Shown one piece after another: positions 39,596 through 49,457 of a DNA stretch of 64,000 nucleotides (the stretch's first letter is position 1; the number at the start of each line of letters is the position of its first letter). A program made the translations under genes and the position numbers. The notes beneath the pieces were generated by a model, which worked only from the letters and a program-made list of their open reading frames with translations, searched no databases and had not been told where the DNA came from. Origin of the DNA: a virus (taxonomy: Duplodnaviria > Caudoviricetes). The stretch spans positions 114 through 64,113 of IMG/VR virus record IMGVR_UViG_2623620512_000003; one strand, 5' to 3'.

Positions 39596-40782
39596 TGAAA
39601 AAGAAATTAATTAGCTATCTGCGTAATAAGAAGCGGCATCTAATAGTTGCTACATTGATGGCTATATTTGCAATAACAGTAGGCTATTGGACCATGAACT
39701 GGTCCGTAACATTGAGCTCAGAGAAGGCAAACCTGCAATTATTAGAGTATATCCGTCAGCAAATCTTTGGTGCAAATATATCACATGCATCAGACTCCAT
39801 TCTTATGGTAGATGTGCACTATGATAAGGTCATGGTACCAGAACATAAGAAGTCGGCTGATGGAACTCAATTAGAATTAGGTCAAGTGCCTGTGACAGAC
39901 CGTGACAAATTACTTCGTCTGCTTAAACAGCTGCAGTTAAAAAAAGACTACCGCTATGTGATACTTGACGTCCGTCTAGAAGAGTCTACAAGTCAGTCTG
40001 AAGATTCTGCATTATGGCAAACAATTTCAGAGATGCCACGACTTGTACTTGCAAACCCTGTGGGCACACAGATTGCAAGTCCAATTCTAAATAAAAAAAC
40101 TGCTGCAGCACAGTACCAGACAGCACTGTGGGAAACAGACTTCGTAAAATACCCTTTCTATGCAGATACTATTCCTAGTATGGCTTTGACAATGTATAGA
40201 GAGATTACAGGACATGACATCCAACGCCAAGGTCCTCTGTGGATGGACGGATATCAATTATCTAGACGCAGTATACTATTGACCTGGGATTTTTCCGACT
40301 ACAGAGAACGTTTTTATCTAGGTGATTTACTTGAAGAACTTGGGGAAGGTGATGAAGAAGACTGGGCAGGAAACCCTTCGGGGAAATATATACTCATTGG
40401 GGACTTTGAAGATGATATTCATCCAACATTCTTAGGCGAGATACCGGGAACTTTGTTAATTTACAATGCCTTCTCTTCACTTTTACACAAACGCCACGTA
40501 TTATCACTAAGCTTTTTATTTTTACTCTTTTGCATATACTTCGCGTTAGCATGGCTCACACTCTCACACAATAGCAGATTTAAATGGATATGCTCATTTT
40601 TGGGTTATACAGGTTTCCTTTTTATCGTGAGCATCATTACATATTTGGCTTTTAACGAAGTCTATGACATTTTGATAACTGCCCTTCTTTTCACAGGGTT
40701 GAACAAAATAGTGGGAATGACCAATAGCCGCAACAAAATTAAACAATACCTAGTACGAATCAAAAAACATTTCTCAAAATGA
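39595..40782 (+). CDS. CHASE2-like membrane sensor without output domain
   Basis: N-terminal TM, ILMVDV, TDRDKLLRLL, VILDVRL, GKYILIG..EDDIHPT..GEIPG, then about 3 TM helices. Confidence 0.65.
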   Translation: MKKKLISYLRNKKRHLIVATLMAIFAITVGYWTMNWSVTLSSEKANLQLLEYIRQQIFGANISHASDSILMVDVHYDKVMVPEHKKSADGTQLELGQVPVTDRDKLLRLLKQLQLKKDYRYVILDVRLEESTSQSEDSALWQTISEMPRLVLANPVGTQIASPILNKKTAAAQYQTALWETDFVKYPFYADTIPSMALTMYREITGHDIQRQGPLWMDGYQLSRRSILLTWDFSDYRERFYLGDLLEELGEGDEEDWAGNPSGKYILIGDFEDDIHPTFLGEIPGTLLIYNAFSSLLHKRHVLSLSFLFLLFCIYFALAWLTLSHNSRFKWICSFLGYTGFLFIVSIITYLAFNEVYDILITALLFTGLNKIVGMTNSRNKIKQYLVRIKKHFSK

Positions 40783-41408
40783 AAAGAAAACGCATAATTC
40801 TCACCTTGCTGATGCTCATACCGGCCGTAGTTAAATTGCAGGCTGGGGAACCAGAGAAGTATCGGATAGAATTCATGAATTGCAAACGAATTCTTGTAGG
40901 TAACAAATGGCTTAAGAAAAACGACACCTTTGAAGACCCTATGACAATTCATTGGAAGAATGGAAAGCAGTATTTACGTGTCCGTAGCTTAAAGACACAA
41001 AAAGAATATGGTCTCAATATGGATGCATTTATAGAAGCAAAAGTTCAAAACCTTCGCGATTTTCTAATTAAGACAAACAGTGTAAGTACCCGCGGGCGTT
41101 CAAAATTTCGTCATTATAGCCAAGTAGTTCATTATTTGGTGGATTCATTACATTTTCAGGCATTCGAGGAACCACAACTGGATGTCGTAACAGAAGCCAT
41201 ATGGCAGCGTAACGGTAGAAAACATGTAACCCCAATTCAAAGAACACCAGATAATAAATTCTATATTATCACAAGGGATATTCTTGGTGCAGAAAACCAA
41301 CCGGATAGTCTCTTGTTAGATATTCAAGAACGATCAATAAAGGAGAATTGGAGGAACCGCGTATATCGAAAAATACCAATTCGATGTCTTCCCATAGAAG
41401 TGGAATAA
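40779..41408 (+). CDS. Exported hypothetical protein
   Basis: Signal peptide; ATGA overlap with CHASE2-like gene; STRG motif. Confidence 0.65.
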   Translation: MKRKRIILTLLMLIPAVVKLQAGEPEKYRIEFMNCKRILVGNKWLKKNDTFEDPMTIHWKNGKQYLRVRSLKTQKEYGLNMDAFIEAKVQNLRDFLIKTNSVSTRGRSKFRHYSQVVHYLVDSLHFQAFEEPQLDVVTEAIWQRNGRKHVTPIQRTPDNKFYIITRDILGAENQPDSLLLDIQERSIKENWRNRVYRKIPIRCLPIEVE

Positions 41409-41437
41409 AGGGAATACGACATTTATAAATAATATCT

Positions 41438-42208
41438 ATGACATACTTATATCCCTTTGGTCAACAAGTACACACACTTGTTCAGCAAGACCGAACACCC
41501 AAAAAGGTTTTCGTTCTTGGAGTATATGCAAGTGCCGTTCATGCCCGCTGGAAGAAGGATGGCAAAACAGTTTGCACTGCTCTTGCCGTAGCAAGTGAGC
41601 CCCGCATCTTCTGGGACGGCAACATCGAGGAAGCAAAGGAAATCATCAGTAAGATTTCCATTCCCGAAGAGGTTGGTACATTGGAGCCTGCAGGCAGTCA
41701 TCTCAATGGTCCATCCGCAAAAGTCCTCGATGAACATATCCTTGGTACACTGGGGTACACAAGGAAGGACGCATGGCTTTGCGACCTTCTTCCCGAGACG
41801 CGTCTGAACTCAGGTCAGGTCAAGGTTATCACCGATCGCTACAATCCGCTGATTAAGCAGTATGGATTAAATGAAGTGACTATCCCGGAGCGTCCAACTG
41901 TATTCTGCGACGCTCAGCGATGCCAGAAGATTTTGTCCGAACTTAAAGAGTCACAGGCTAGCCTTTTAGTTCTGCTTGGTGACATTCCCATTGCACAGTT
42001 CCTTAATTCTGTGGCAGACGTACCATATAAGTCACTTCAGGAATACGTCGAACTGTATGGCTATGGAAAAGCTACAGCAGCTACCATAGACGGCCACACC
42101 ATAAATGTTCTCCCATTGGCGCATCCGCGCCAAATAGGAGCGCTTGGGGCACACAGCAAGGAATGGAACATACGCCATCAGGAGTGGGAATCAAACATTT
42201 ATAAATAA
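41438..42208 (+). CDS. Uracil-DNA-glycosylase-superfamily-like protein
   Basis: KVFVLG, LLVLLGD and PLAHPR resemble UDG-fold motifs. Confidence 0.45.
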   Translation: MTYLYPFGQQVHTLVQQDRTPKKVFVLGVYASAVHARWKKDGKTVCTALAVASEPRIFWDGNIEEAKEIISKISIPEEVGTLEPAGSHLNGPSAKVLDEHILGTLGYTRKDAWLCDLLPETRLNSGQVKVITDRYNPLIKQYGLNEVTIPERPTVFCDAQRCQKILSELKESQASLLVLLGDIPIAQFLNSVADVPYKSLQEYVELYGYGKATAATIDGHTINVLPLAHPRQIGALGAHSKEWNIRHQEWESNIYK

Positions 42209-42243
42209 CCCCTGAACAGTTCGGGGATGGAATGAATTTGAAC

Positions 42244-42402
42244 ACATCCAAGTTTACCCTCTATGTTACTACGACCTGGTCACCATCATACACGAACTCG
42301 TAGATACATTCCCCGCCTGGCATACCTCTCCAGTCGCCGAGTTGTACAGGCCAAAAGTCTTTGAGAACAAAAAAATCATCCGCTTATTGGTTTTAAGCGG
42401 AT
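42244..42402 (+). pseudogene. Diverged duplicate of the 3' end and terminator of gene 37010..37858
   Basis: Translates IQVYPLCYYDLVTIIHELVDTFPAWHTSPVAELYRPKVF versus IQVHPQCYYDLVTIIREHEDVFPAWHSSPVAELFTPKVF; same atccgcttattggttttaagcggat hairpin. Confidence 0.85.
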
Positions 42403-42432
42403 GATTAACGTATATAACAATAAATATAATAA

Positions 42433-43287
42433 TCAGTTCTCAGGAAAAAACAAATTGTAAATATACTCATAAGCGGATTCTGAATCAGCTCCAGTTTGTT
42501 CCATATAGTATTTGCCTGCTTCATTAAACATATCATCAGCTAAAAGGTTTATGATAACTTCCTCCATAGTTTTACCTTTTAAGGTATATGGCAGTTTTGC
42601 TTTCTGTATTCCTTCTGCTGAAAGCATCCATATATTTTCACTTTTAGATGAAATAACATCTTCCTTTCGTAGTTCTTCTTCAGACAAAAGAGATCTACGT
42701 TTACGCTCTTTTTCCAAAGCAGTTTGAGTTTTCTCTTTCAAAATACGTTCCTCTTCAACCTTTTTCGCATGTAATTTAACATCATTAGCCAAAAAGTTTT
42801 CTGAGTTATTTTGAATCTGATTTTTTTCATATTCATATTGCTCCTGTGTCAGTAAACCATCTTTGAGATAGGTATTTAGATTATGAAGCTTTTCATAAAT
42901 CTCGTACCTATCAGGTTCAATAACTACAGCAGTACCAATACACGATACCATAAACATACTCATGCCCTTACCAGAAATCTCATCAAAATCAATGCGGTAC
43001 CCAATAATAGCATTAGCTCCTATTGCTTCTGCATTTTCAGAGAGCTGATTTCTAACATCTTCACAAAGAAGTTCTAACTTTTCTCTATAAGCTCCTGATG
43101 TTCCTCCTAAAACGTCAGTAAAACCCGCAAGGAATTCAGCAAACACATTTGTTCCAATAACCTGATGGGCAGTAACCATTCCTCGATACTCTTTTATCGA
43201 ATAATGAGCGATACTCTCCGTATTTACAATTATGATACTCATAATATAAGCTTTTAACGCTAAAAATATACATAATAATGATTTCAT
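42433..43287 (-). CDS. YbjQ/UPF0145-family protein with SHOCT-like extension
   Basis: GANAIIGYRIDFDEI...GTAV; DGLLTQEQYEYEK. Confidence 0.8.
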   Translation of the reverse strand: MKSLLCIFLALKAYIMSIIIVNTESIAHYSIKEYRGMVTAHQVIGTNVFAEFLAGFTDVLGGTSGAYREKLELLCEDVRNQLSENAEAIGANAIIGYRIDFDEISGKGMSMFMVSCIGTAVVIEPDRYEIYEKLHNLNTYLKDGLLTQEQYEYEKNQIQNNSENFLANDVKLHAKKVEEERILKEKTQTALEKERKRRSLLSEEELRKEDVISSKSENIWMLSAEGIQKAKLPYTLKGKTMEEVIINLLADDMFNEAGKYYMEQTGADSESAYEYIYNLFFPEN

Positions 43288-43301
43288 TAATACTAATGAA
43301 A

Positions 43302-43664
43302 TTAGAATATAACATCTGACTTGCGGTGGAATCGCTCCTTACACGTATTATAAACGTCACCAGACTCATTATACCAATGCACCAGTTCTATAAAAGAAGG
43401 AAACGATTTTATTATATAGCCATATTTGGTGCTACCATCAGAGTCTGTTAAAGTTCCTCTTAAGTGAGCAGATCCGTCAGATTCAACTTTTACACAAAGT
43501 GAAATACTATCAAATAATGAATCATTTTGTGGCGCAGAAGAAAACTTCGTTCTCAACATACAATCAACCATATTTTCTTGTAATTGAAATTCTTGAAGGA
43601 CTCCTCTCAATGCATCGACTTGACTTTCAATAGCCCATTCTAATTCCATTTCATATGCACTCAT
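43302..43664 (-). CDS. Hypothetical protein
   Basis: 120-aa ORF in minus-strand operon. Confidence 0.55.
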   Translation of the reverse strand: MSAYEMELEWAIESQVDALRGVLQEFQLQENMVDCMLRTKFSSAPQNDSLFDSISLCVKVESDGSAHLRGTLTDSDGSTKYGYIIKSFPSFIELVHWYNESGDVYNTCKERFHRKSDVIF

Positions 43665-43678
43665 AAAATACGATTTAA

Positions 43679-44206
43679 TTATTTATGCCATGACTTATCA
43701 TGTGGGCAATGTTTACAAGTAGTAATTGTACGGCCTTCACTAAATCCTGGGCAACCTCCAAGCTTAGAACAAGTACTTGCGCCTATAGGATAAGTACATT
43801 TTCTTTCACCATGAGTGGTAGTTCCATCAATTGAGAATCCATATTGAGCCTTTTTCAAATTCCAATCTTTTTGAGGGATAACATTAGCAGACAATCCTAT
43901 TTTTAAGTTTTGACATACCATGTAATTCCCAGAATAAGTTAAATAGCAAACGGAAGGAAGCCAGCCATTTACAGATGGATTCGAGGTACTTATTGTTGAA
44001 TAACTACCATAATTTTTAAAATAAGCATCATAGACACAATTACCAACATTTGAAACAACCTTGCATTTACCATAACTACCGTCTAATACACACAACGCAG
44101 CATAATTATATCCATTAACACCATAAAACATTTCAATTACAAGTGTTTGCGATTTACAAACTAAGCAGAAAAAAAGGAAAAGGAAAGATAATGCGGAAAT
44201 TTTCAT
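43679..44206 (-). CDS. Exported protein with Cys/His-rich C-terminus
   Basis: Signal peptide; C..C..CPGF...CKHCPH...H. Confidence 0.6.
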   Translation of the reverse strand: MKISALSFLFLFFCLVCKSQTLVIEMFYGVNGYNYAALCVLDGSYGKCKVVSNVGNCVYDAYFKNYGSYSTISTSNPSVNGWLPSVCYLTYSGNYMVCQNLKIGLSANVIPQKDWNLKKAQYGFSIDGTTTHGERKCTYPIGASTCSKLGGCPGFSEGRTITTCKHCPHDKSWHK

Positions 44207-44367
44207 AATCGTATACCCTGATTCGTGTCGGGCACAACTGTTAACAAATTTAGGTTAGTAATTATTCTCGTTTGCAAAAATACGAAAAAAAAAAAAGAAA
44301 TAATACTATTTCCGTGATAAAAAATTCAATTAGTAAAAAAATAAAATCCAAATAGACAGTAAAGAAT

Positions 44368-44403
44368 GTCTTTTCACGCAGTAATAATAAAACATATTTT
44401 TGC
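44368..44403 (+). promoter_or_regulatory. Core-operon promoter motif, copy 6
   Basis: GTCTTTT at 44368, TATTTTTGC at 44395; ATG follows at 44407. Confidence 0.7.
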
Positions 44404-44406
44404 ACC

Positions 44407-45159
44407 ATGGAAACATTCAATATCACTTTGCCCACATGTTGGGATGACCTTTCCGACAAGCAACTCCTGATGGTCTATAGCCTCTTCAGCCGCGACTTGG
44501 CAACTGCAGAGGTCAAGACCCTCTGCCTCATGAAGTGGAATCAATTGAAGGTGCTTGCCACCCTACCCGCCCATCGTTTCCTCATTAAGAGGAAAAAGGA
44601 GCAGGTTGTGCTCAGTACGAGGCAGATTCAGCAAGCCAACTCAGTCCTAGATTACTTGGATTCATTCGCCCCAATGCCTGTTCGTATCTCACGAATCGGC
44701 AAATACCGTGCTTTGCCTGCAGACTTCGAGAAGGTGCCGTTTGAGCAGTATCTGTTTGTTGACAACCTGTTCCAGGGTTATCTCAACACACAGTCGGACG
44801 AGCTGCTGCTTCAGATTGCGCAGGTGTTATACGCCAGCGACGATGTGAAGCCTTCCAAGGCGCACCTCGTAGGCATCTTCTACTGGATGGCCTCGCTCAA
44901 ACAGTACTTCGCTTCGCTTTTTCCGAACTTCTATAAGCCTGCATCCGCTATGGGCGAAACTAACCTTCTGGGCAGTGGTCAGCAGGATATCTACAGCCAG
45001 CTTCGTGAGTCCACGAATGCTATGATCCGAGCTCTAACTGGTGGCGATATCACCAAAGAATCTGCCATCATGAAGATGGACACTTGGCGTGCGCTTACCG
45101 AGCTGGACGCTAAGGCAAAGGAAGTAGAAGAGCTTCGAAAGGCTTATAAGAAGCCTTGA
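44407..45159 (+). CDS. Phage protein (tail assembly region)
   Basis: LPTCWDDLS and RALTGGDITK motifs; core-like codon usage. Confidence 0.6.
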   Translation: METFNITLPTCWDDLSDKQLLMVYSLFSRDLATAEVKTLCLMKWNQLKVLATLPAHRFLIKRKKEQVVLSTRQIQQANSVLDYLDSFAPMPVRISRIGKYRALPADFEKVPFEQYLFVDNLFQGYLNTQSDELLLQIAQVLYASDDVKPSKAHLVGIFYWMASLKQYFASLFPNFYKPASAMGETNLLGSGQQDIYSQLRESTNAMIRALTGGDITKESAIMKMDTWRALTELDAKAKEVEELRKAYKKP

Positions 45160-45233
45160 TTCGTTTCTTGTGTTGTTATTTTATAACAATTTCCAAATCA
45201 ATCGTTTACAACAAACCACTTACATAATTACTT

Positions 45234-45773
45234 ATGATTCCTTTTCATCCGCAAACTCCGGAAAAGCCAACAACAGTTCCCAACAACGACACCTTCAACT
45301 GGGATGCCACATCGTTCTTTGAAGGCCTGACCAAGCGCAACAAGTTCGCTCAGTCCAAGCACTTCACTTTCTGCCGCGTCTCAGGGCTTGACGGCTTCGA
45401 AGAAGCACTGGCCAAGATGCTGACGAAAACGGCTTTCGTCTGTGTGTCCGACATCTCTCAGGGATTTACGGACATCAACAACACACCGCACACTCGCCGA
45501 GTGAAGACGGTGTTCCTGGCCATGCGCCACACACTTGACAATATGGTGGCCCGCCAGTCCTGTATGGATGCGATGCGCGAGCTATTCCGACAGTTCATGT
45601 CCGTCCTGATCCAGGAACAAACACGTCTGCAGCAGCACTCCATCTACATCGACCCCCGCATCTCATTCCAGGAAATAGACCGCTATTTCTTCTCTGGATG
45701 CGCTTGTGCCTACTTCCAAATCGCTGTTGACACGTATACAGACCTTCAATACAATCAAGAGGAATGGACTTGA
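45234..45773 (+). CDS. Phage protein, possible tail terminator
   Basis: 179 aa; position in the neck/tail region. Confidence 0.5.
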   Translation: MIPFHPQTPEKPTTVPNNDTFNWDATSFFEGLTKRNKFAQSKHFTFCRVSGLDGFEEALAKMLTKTAFVCVSDISQGFTDINNTPHTRRVKTVFLAMRHTLDNMVARQSCMDAMRELFRQFMSVLIQEQTRLQQHSIYIDPRISFQEIDRYFFSGCACAYFQIAVDTYTDLQYNQEEWT

Positions 45774-46192
45774 ATCAGCATCCCAATCCACAAGGCGAGC
45801 GCGAGAAATATGTCCTCGCCTTCAATGACACCATGCTCAAAATCTGGCAGGAACAAATCACCCTGTTAGGAGTCATCGACACTGGCCGCTTGCTGCACTC
45901 CGTCAGCGCTCTCCCAGTTCGTGCTGACGGTCGTTTCATAGAAATCGGCCTCTCCCAAGCTTTCCTCGAATACGGACTGTGGCAGGATTTTGGCACAGGA
46001 AAAGAAATACCCAGAGGAAACAATGGCGACATCGGACGTGAAAAGCGCCGTGTCGCCAAAAAGTGGTTCTCTCGAAAGTATTATTCCTCAGTCCTCAACC
46101 TCCGTGACTTCCTGGCTGATAACATCGGCCAGTCATTCGTTGGTGTTGTAGCCCAGGCCCTCGATGACAACTTCCGTCGATATCACCATTGA
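45764..46192 (+). CDS. HK97 gp10-like neck/tail completion protein
   Basis: IDTGRLLHSV and YGLWQDFGTG motifs. Confidence 0.55.
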   Translation: MDLNQHPNPQGEREKYVLAFNDTMLKIWQEQITLLGVIDTGRLLHSVSALPVRADGRFIEIGLSQAFLEYGLWQDFGTGKEIPRGNNGDIGREKRRVAKKWFSRKYYSSVLNLRDFLADNIGQSFVGVVAQALDDNFRRYHH

Positions 46193-46195
46193 AGA

Positions 46196-46417
46196 TTATT
46201 CTTCTTTATTTTTCAATTCTTCTTTATTTTTCAATTCTTCTATATTTTTCAATTCTTCAACCCTTCGAATTAGAGAATCAAATCTAAATCTCATATAATG
46301 TACATCTTTTGCTATCTGAAAAAATTTAATCACCATGAAAACGAATAAAACAAAGAAGCCGAAATATACGAAACCAAAGTATGCATAAATAGGTTCTGTA
46401 CTCAACAAAATATTCAT
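46196..46417 (-). CDS. Small membrane protein with EELKNK repeats
   Basis: One TM helix; three 18-bp tandem repeats. Confidence 0.55.
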   Translation of the reverse strand: MNILLSTEPIYAYFGFVYFGFFVLFVFMVIKFFQIAKDVHYMRFRFDSLIRRVEELKNIEELKNKEELKNKEE

Positions 46418-46492
46418 AGTTATTCAATTTAATAGATTAATACTTTTGAAATAAAGAACTGACTTAAGATGTGGAAAATCGAGCGAGACAAG

Positions 46493-46810
46493 TTATTTTA
46501 AAAAATCATTTGCAACCCAAACCTCTTTTCCATCTTGCAATCGAATTTTTACTTTAGCGAAGTCTACTTCAGTTACAACTCCTGTATCTCCCCTATAGAG
46601 GATTCCAATTTCCCCTCTACTATCCATTCTTTCCAACGCAGCTTCATCTCGTCTATTACAATATTTGGTCATTTCGTCATACGCTCCTTCACTAGAAGCA
46701 TATATACATCGTTCTGAAACAGTCACTTGTTGACCGTGTTTAAATCCACCACTACAAGAGCAAGCTGACAATGTAAGAATCGCGAAAAAAGCTAAAAATA
46801 ATTTCTTCAT
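46493..46810 (-). CDS. Small lipoprotein, SH3-like C-terminus
   Basis: Lipobox LSAC; VKIRLQDGKEVWV. Confidence 0.65.
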   Translation of the reverse strand: MKKLFLAFFAILTLSACSCSGGFKHGQQVTVSERCIYASSEGAYDEMTKYCNRRDEAALERMDSRGEIGILYRGDTGVVTEVDFAKVKIRLQDGKEVWVANDFLK

Positions 46811-46887
46811 GATAGTATTTATTTAAGATTTCAATAATGCTTTAAAAATCATAACTGCATTTCATAGACTACGAACAAACAAATCAA

Positions 46888-47244
46888 TTAAAATTTGTGT
46901 TTGTTCCAGTAATCATATGCAAATGACATTTCCCTCGATACGAACTGTTTCTTGTCCATAAAAGTTGGAATAAACCTTCCCAACTCTTCTGCCATCGTAA
47001 AAAAACCAGGTCCTGGCAATCCATCTTCATGCTGAATAAAAACAGAAAGAAGTGGTTTCCTCTCAGAATGCTCCGATTCGGAGATCTCGCCTAAGATTTT
47101 CCCAATTTTCTTCCTATCTTCCACATCTTGCATATCATATCCAAGCTGGAAAGTATCACAAAATTCTTGATACCGCATATGTTCCTTATTCTTAGCTAGA
47201 TTTACAAGACATTTTTTCATGCTCTTTTTTAAAATCTCATCCAT
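46888..47244 (-). CDS. Hypothetical protein
   Basis: 118 aa; PLLSV...GLPGPGFF; own minus-strand TACTTTTG box near 47277. Confidence 0.6.
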   Translation of the reverse strand: MDEILKKSMKKCLVNLAKNKEHMRYQEFCDTFQLGYDMQDVEDRKKIGKILGEISESEHSERKPLLSVFIQHEDGLPGPGFFTMAEELGRFIPTFMDKKQFVSREMSFAYDYWNKHKF

Positions 47245-47353
47245 TCATTAAATCGTTTTAGGTTACTAACTTGATACAAAAGTACATCTTTAATCGTACA
47301 ATACCAAATAAAACAATAAAAAAATTAAAAAAAGAATCACCTGTTCTATTCTA

Positions 47354-47722
47354 CTAGTTATTTCTGACCATGGTAATATCACCTGGCAGTTCCCTTTTCT
47401 TTCCGCCTTGTGACCATGCCTTGAAGGTTTCCTGTACTTTTCTTCTCAGCTCTTCTTCGCTGTCGGCTTCCAAGTCCAGTTCGGCATGCTTCGTCTTGTT
47501 CCGCACGTTGGCCACAAAGCGGTTATCTATCTTGTAGGCGAATCTAACTTCATCCCCTTCGGAAACGGGTTTAACTCCGAGTTCTATGTATGGTCCGTCT
47601 ATCACGACCTTGACCTTCCCCCTTCGTCTGTTCTTCACTTCCTTCAGAACAAACACAAGAATGAGCACAATTAGGAAGATACCTAATAGGCCATTGATTT
47701 CTGGAAGGAAGAAATTTTGCAT
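47354..47722 (-). CDS. Single-TM hypothetical protein
   Basis: Start placed at MQNFF after minus-strand TACCTTTG at about 47740-47747. Confidence 0.5.
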   Translation of the reverse strand: MQNFFLPEINGLLGIFLIVLILVFVLKEVKNRRRGKVKVVIDGPYIELGVKPVSEGDEVRFAYKIDNRFVANVRNKTKHAELDLEADSEEELRRKVQETFKAWSQGGKKRELPGDITMVRNN

Positions 47723-47797
47723 AAATCTGTAATTTTCGGCAAAGGTACAAAAATCCAAGATTACTACCTATCTTTTCCCTGTATTTTTCTCAAACGT

Positions 47798-48550
47798 TCA
47801 GAAATCTATCGTTTCTCCCTCTTTCTTGATTTCCCAGAAGGAGATTCCTTTTTCATCTGTGAACTCCTTCATGCGCCATGCGGACTCGAAGCCGCTGGCC
47901 ACGAAGTGCATGGGGACAAAGAGACCAACTTTGAAGCGCTCGATAAACTGTCGGGCTCCAAGGGTATAGCCGTTGCCGATGCGCCCATCAACTGGGAACA
48001 TCACCACATCAAAACTATCGGTAATCTTGCGGATATCTTTCAGCTCGCCCAAGTATTGCTTTTCATGGGCTATGGGGTCAATTTCTTCGTCAAACTCCTC
48101 ACTATAGATGGTCTCGCCAGGCACGGCTTCTGGCAGGAACCGCGCATACCAGTTGTTCAAGTCGCCGGCATGGAAGATACGTTTACCCTCTGTCTCTACT
48201 ATCCACGAAACACCGCTGTCTGTGCTGCCTAATGCCCATACGGACAAAGTGTCGTCTGACCACGCTCCGCCCTTGGCCAGCCATACGTCTGCATCTTCCT
48301 TGTTGGCTCTTCGATGCTTGTAGATGTCCTTAGAGAGTATATAGGTGATGGCCTCGTGTTGCTTTCTCCATTCAAAGATAGCACTATTGAAATGGTCTTC
48401 GTGAAAGTGGCTGGAGAATACATAGATGGGCTTGTCCTTCGTCAGGAACGGTGGCACGACACCATTCAAGTCCAGCCAGTAATCAAATATCAGAATGGAC
48501 TTTTCCGTTTCCAGCACAAAACCGCTATGGAAGATGTAGGTCAGCGTCAT
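47798..48550 (-). CDS. MBL-fold metallo-hydrolase
   Basis: HSGF, SHFHEDH, FHAGD and PMH motifs. Confidence 0.88.
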   Translation of the reverse strand: MTLTYIFHSGFVLETEKSILIFDYWLDLNGVVPPFLTKDKPIYVFSSHFHEDHFNSAIFEWRKQHEAITYILSKDIYKHRRANKEDADVWLAKGGAWSDDTLSVWALGSTDSGVSWIVETEGKRIFHAGDLNNWYARFLPEAVPGETIYSEEFDEEIDPIAHEKQYLGELKDIRKITDSFDVVMFPVDGRIGNGYTLGARQFIERFKVGLFVPMHFVASGFESAWRMKEFTDEKGISFWEIKKEGETIDF

Positions 48551-48780
48551 TGTTGTAGCATTTCACAAAGCGTATCTTCTCTGATGACCTTAGGAGCTGC
48601 TTTACCAGCAAGCACCAACACCTTCTTGCCGTTGCGATAGATATGAAGCTGGCGGGAGCGGACTACAGCCGTCACCTCAGCATCGTCCTGCATGGCTATC
48701 CAAAGAGGATGATAGATTCCATCCTCTTCAAACAGCTTCTTCTGTAGGTGCGAGCACATGTTGGTGGTATCGATGGTCAT
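48547..48780 (-). CDS. Small hypothetical protein
   Basis: 77 aa; stop overlaps the MBL start. Confidence 0.6.
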   Translation of the reverse strand: MTIDTTNMCSHLQKKLFEEDGIYHPLWIAMQDDAEVTAVVRSRQLHIYRNGKKVLVLAGKAAPKVIREDTLCEMLQQ

Positions 48781-48791
48781 ATCTCTAATAG

Positions 48792-49076
48792 TTATTTTTT
48801 TAATTGTATATCTTTAAAATACCAAAAGGTCTTGGCATTCTTCCGTTCAGCATAAGCATAGGGAATCCAATCAAGCCGGCCATCTTCATCAAGTTCTTTT
48901 AATACATTACGAATAGGCTGACCATCTTTATCATTTCTTTTAAACAAGCCTACCTTCATGAACTCATCCATCAGGTCTTTGGCCAAAATAGTTTCTCCAG
49001 GATGCTTGCAGAAGTATTCTTTTAGTACCTCGTTAATATATGGAACTTTAACGTAATTTGCGATTGAATTCTTCAT
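48792..49076 (-). CDS. Hypothetical protein
   Basis: 94 aa after minus-strand TAATTTTG box near 49108. Confidence 0.55.
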   Translation of the reverse strand: MKNSIANYVKVPYINEVLKEYFCKHPGETILAKDLMDEFMKVGLFKRNDKDGQPIRNVLKELDEDGRLDWIPYAYAERKNAKTFWYFKDIQLKK

Positions 49077-49146
49077 TATATTAAATCTAACTCTATCTTT
49101 AATTCTGCAAAATTACAAAATTCAACTGAAACGCCATCCTATTTAT

Positions 49147-49182
49147 GTCTTTTTAAGATTGAAACACATCACATACCTTTGC
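49147..49182 (+). promoter_or_regulatory. Core-operon promoter motif, copy 7
   Basis: GTCTTTT at 49147, TACCTTTGC at 49174. Confidence 0.7.
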
Positions 49183-49208
49183 GCCATCAACATCCAAACC
49201 GACACATC

Positions 49209-49457
49209 ATGACTAAAGAAACTAGGACTGACATCCAAATCTATTCTGCCATCGCAATGCTGATGGCTGGAGTAGGACTCGCCACAGCGGGCTTCATCGT
49301 ACCGCCCACAGGCGAGATATCTGACTCTGTGCTCTTGTTCTTCGCACAATGTCTTGTATACGCTGGCTCAATATTCGGTGTGAGCATTTATATCCACACC
49401 AAGTTCGCAGAGCTCAAATCTGAAATCGACGCTAAAGAGGAAGGAGGCGAGCAATGA
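49209..49457 (+). CDS. Putative holin
   Basis: Two TM helices around PPTGEISDSVL; overlaps amidase start. Confidence 0.65.
   Translation: MTKETRTDIQIYSAIAMLMAGVGLATAGFIVPPTGEISDSVLLFFAQCLVYAGSIFGVSIYIHTKFAELKSEIDAKEEGGEQ

Noticed and set aside
37704-42402. Repeat pair as a DGR template/variable region
   Set aside because: Mismatches involve all four bases rather than adenines only, and no reverse transcriptase is visible in the window.
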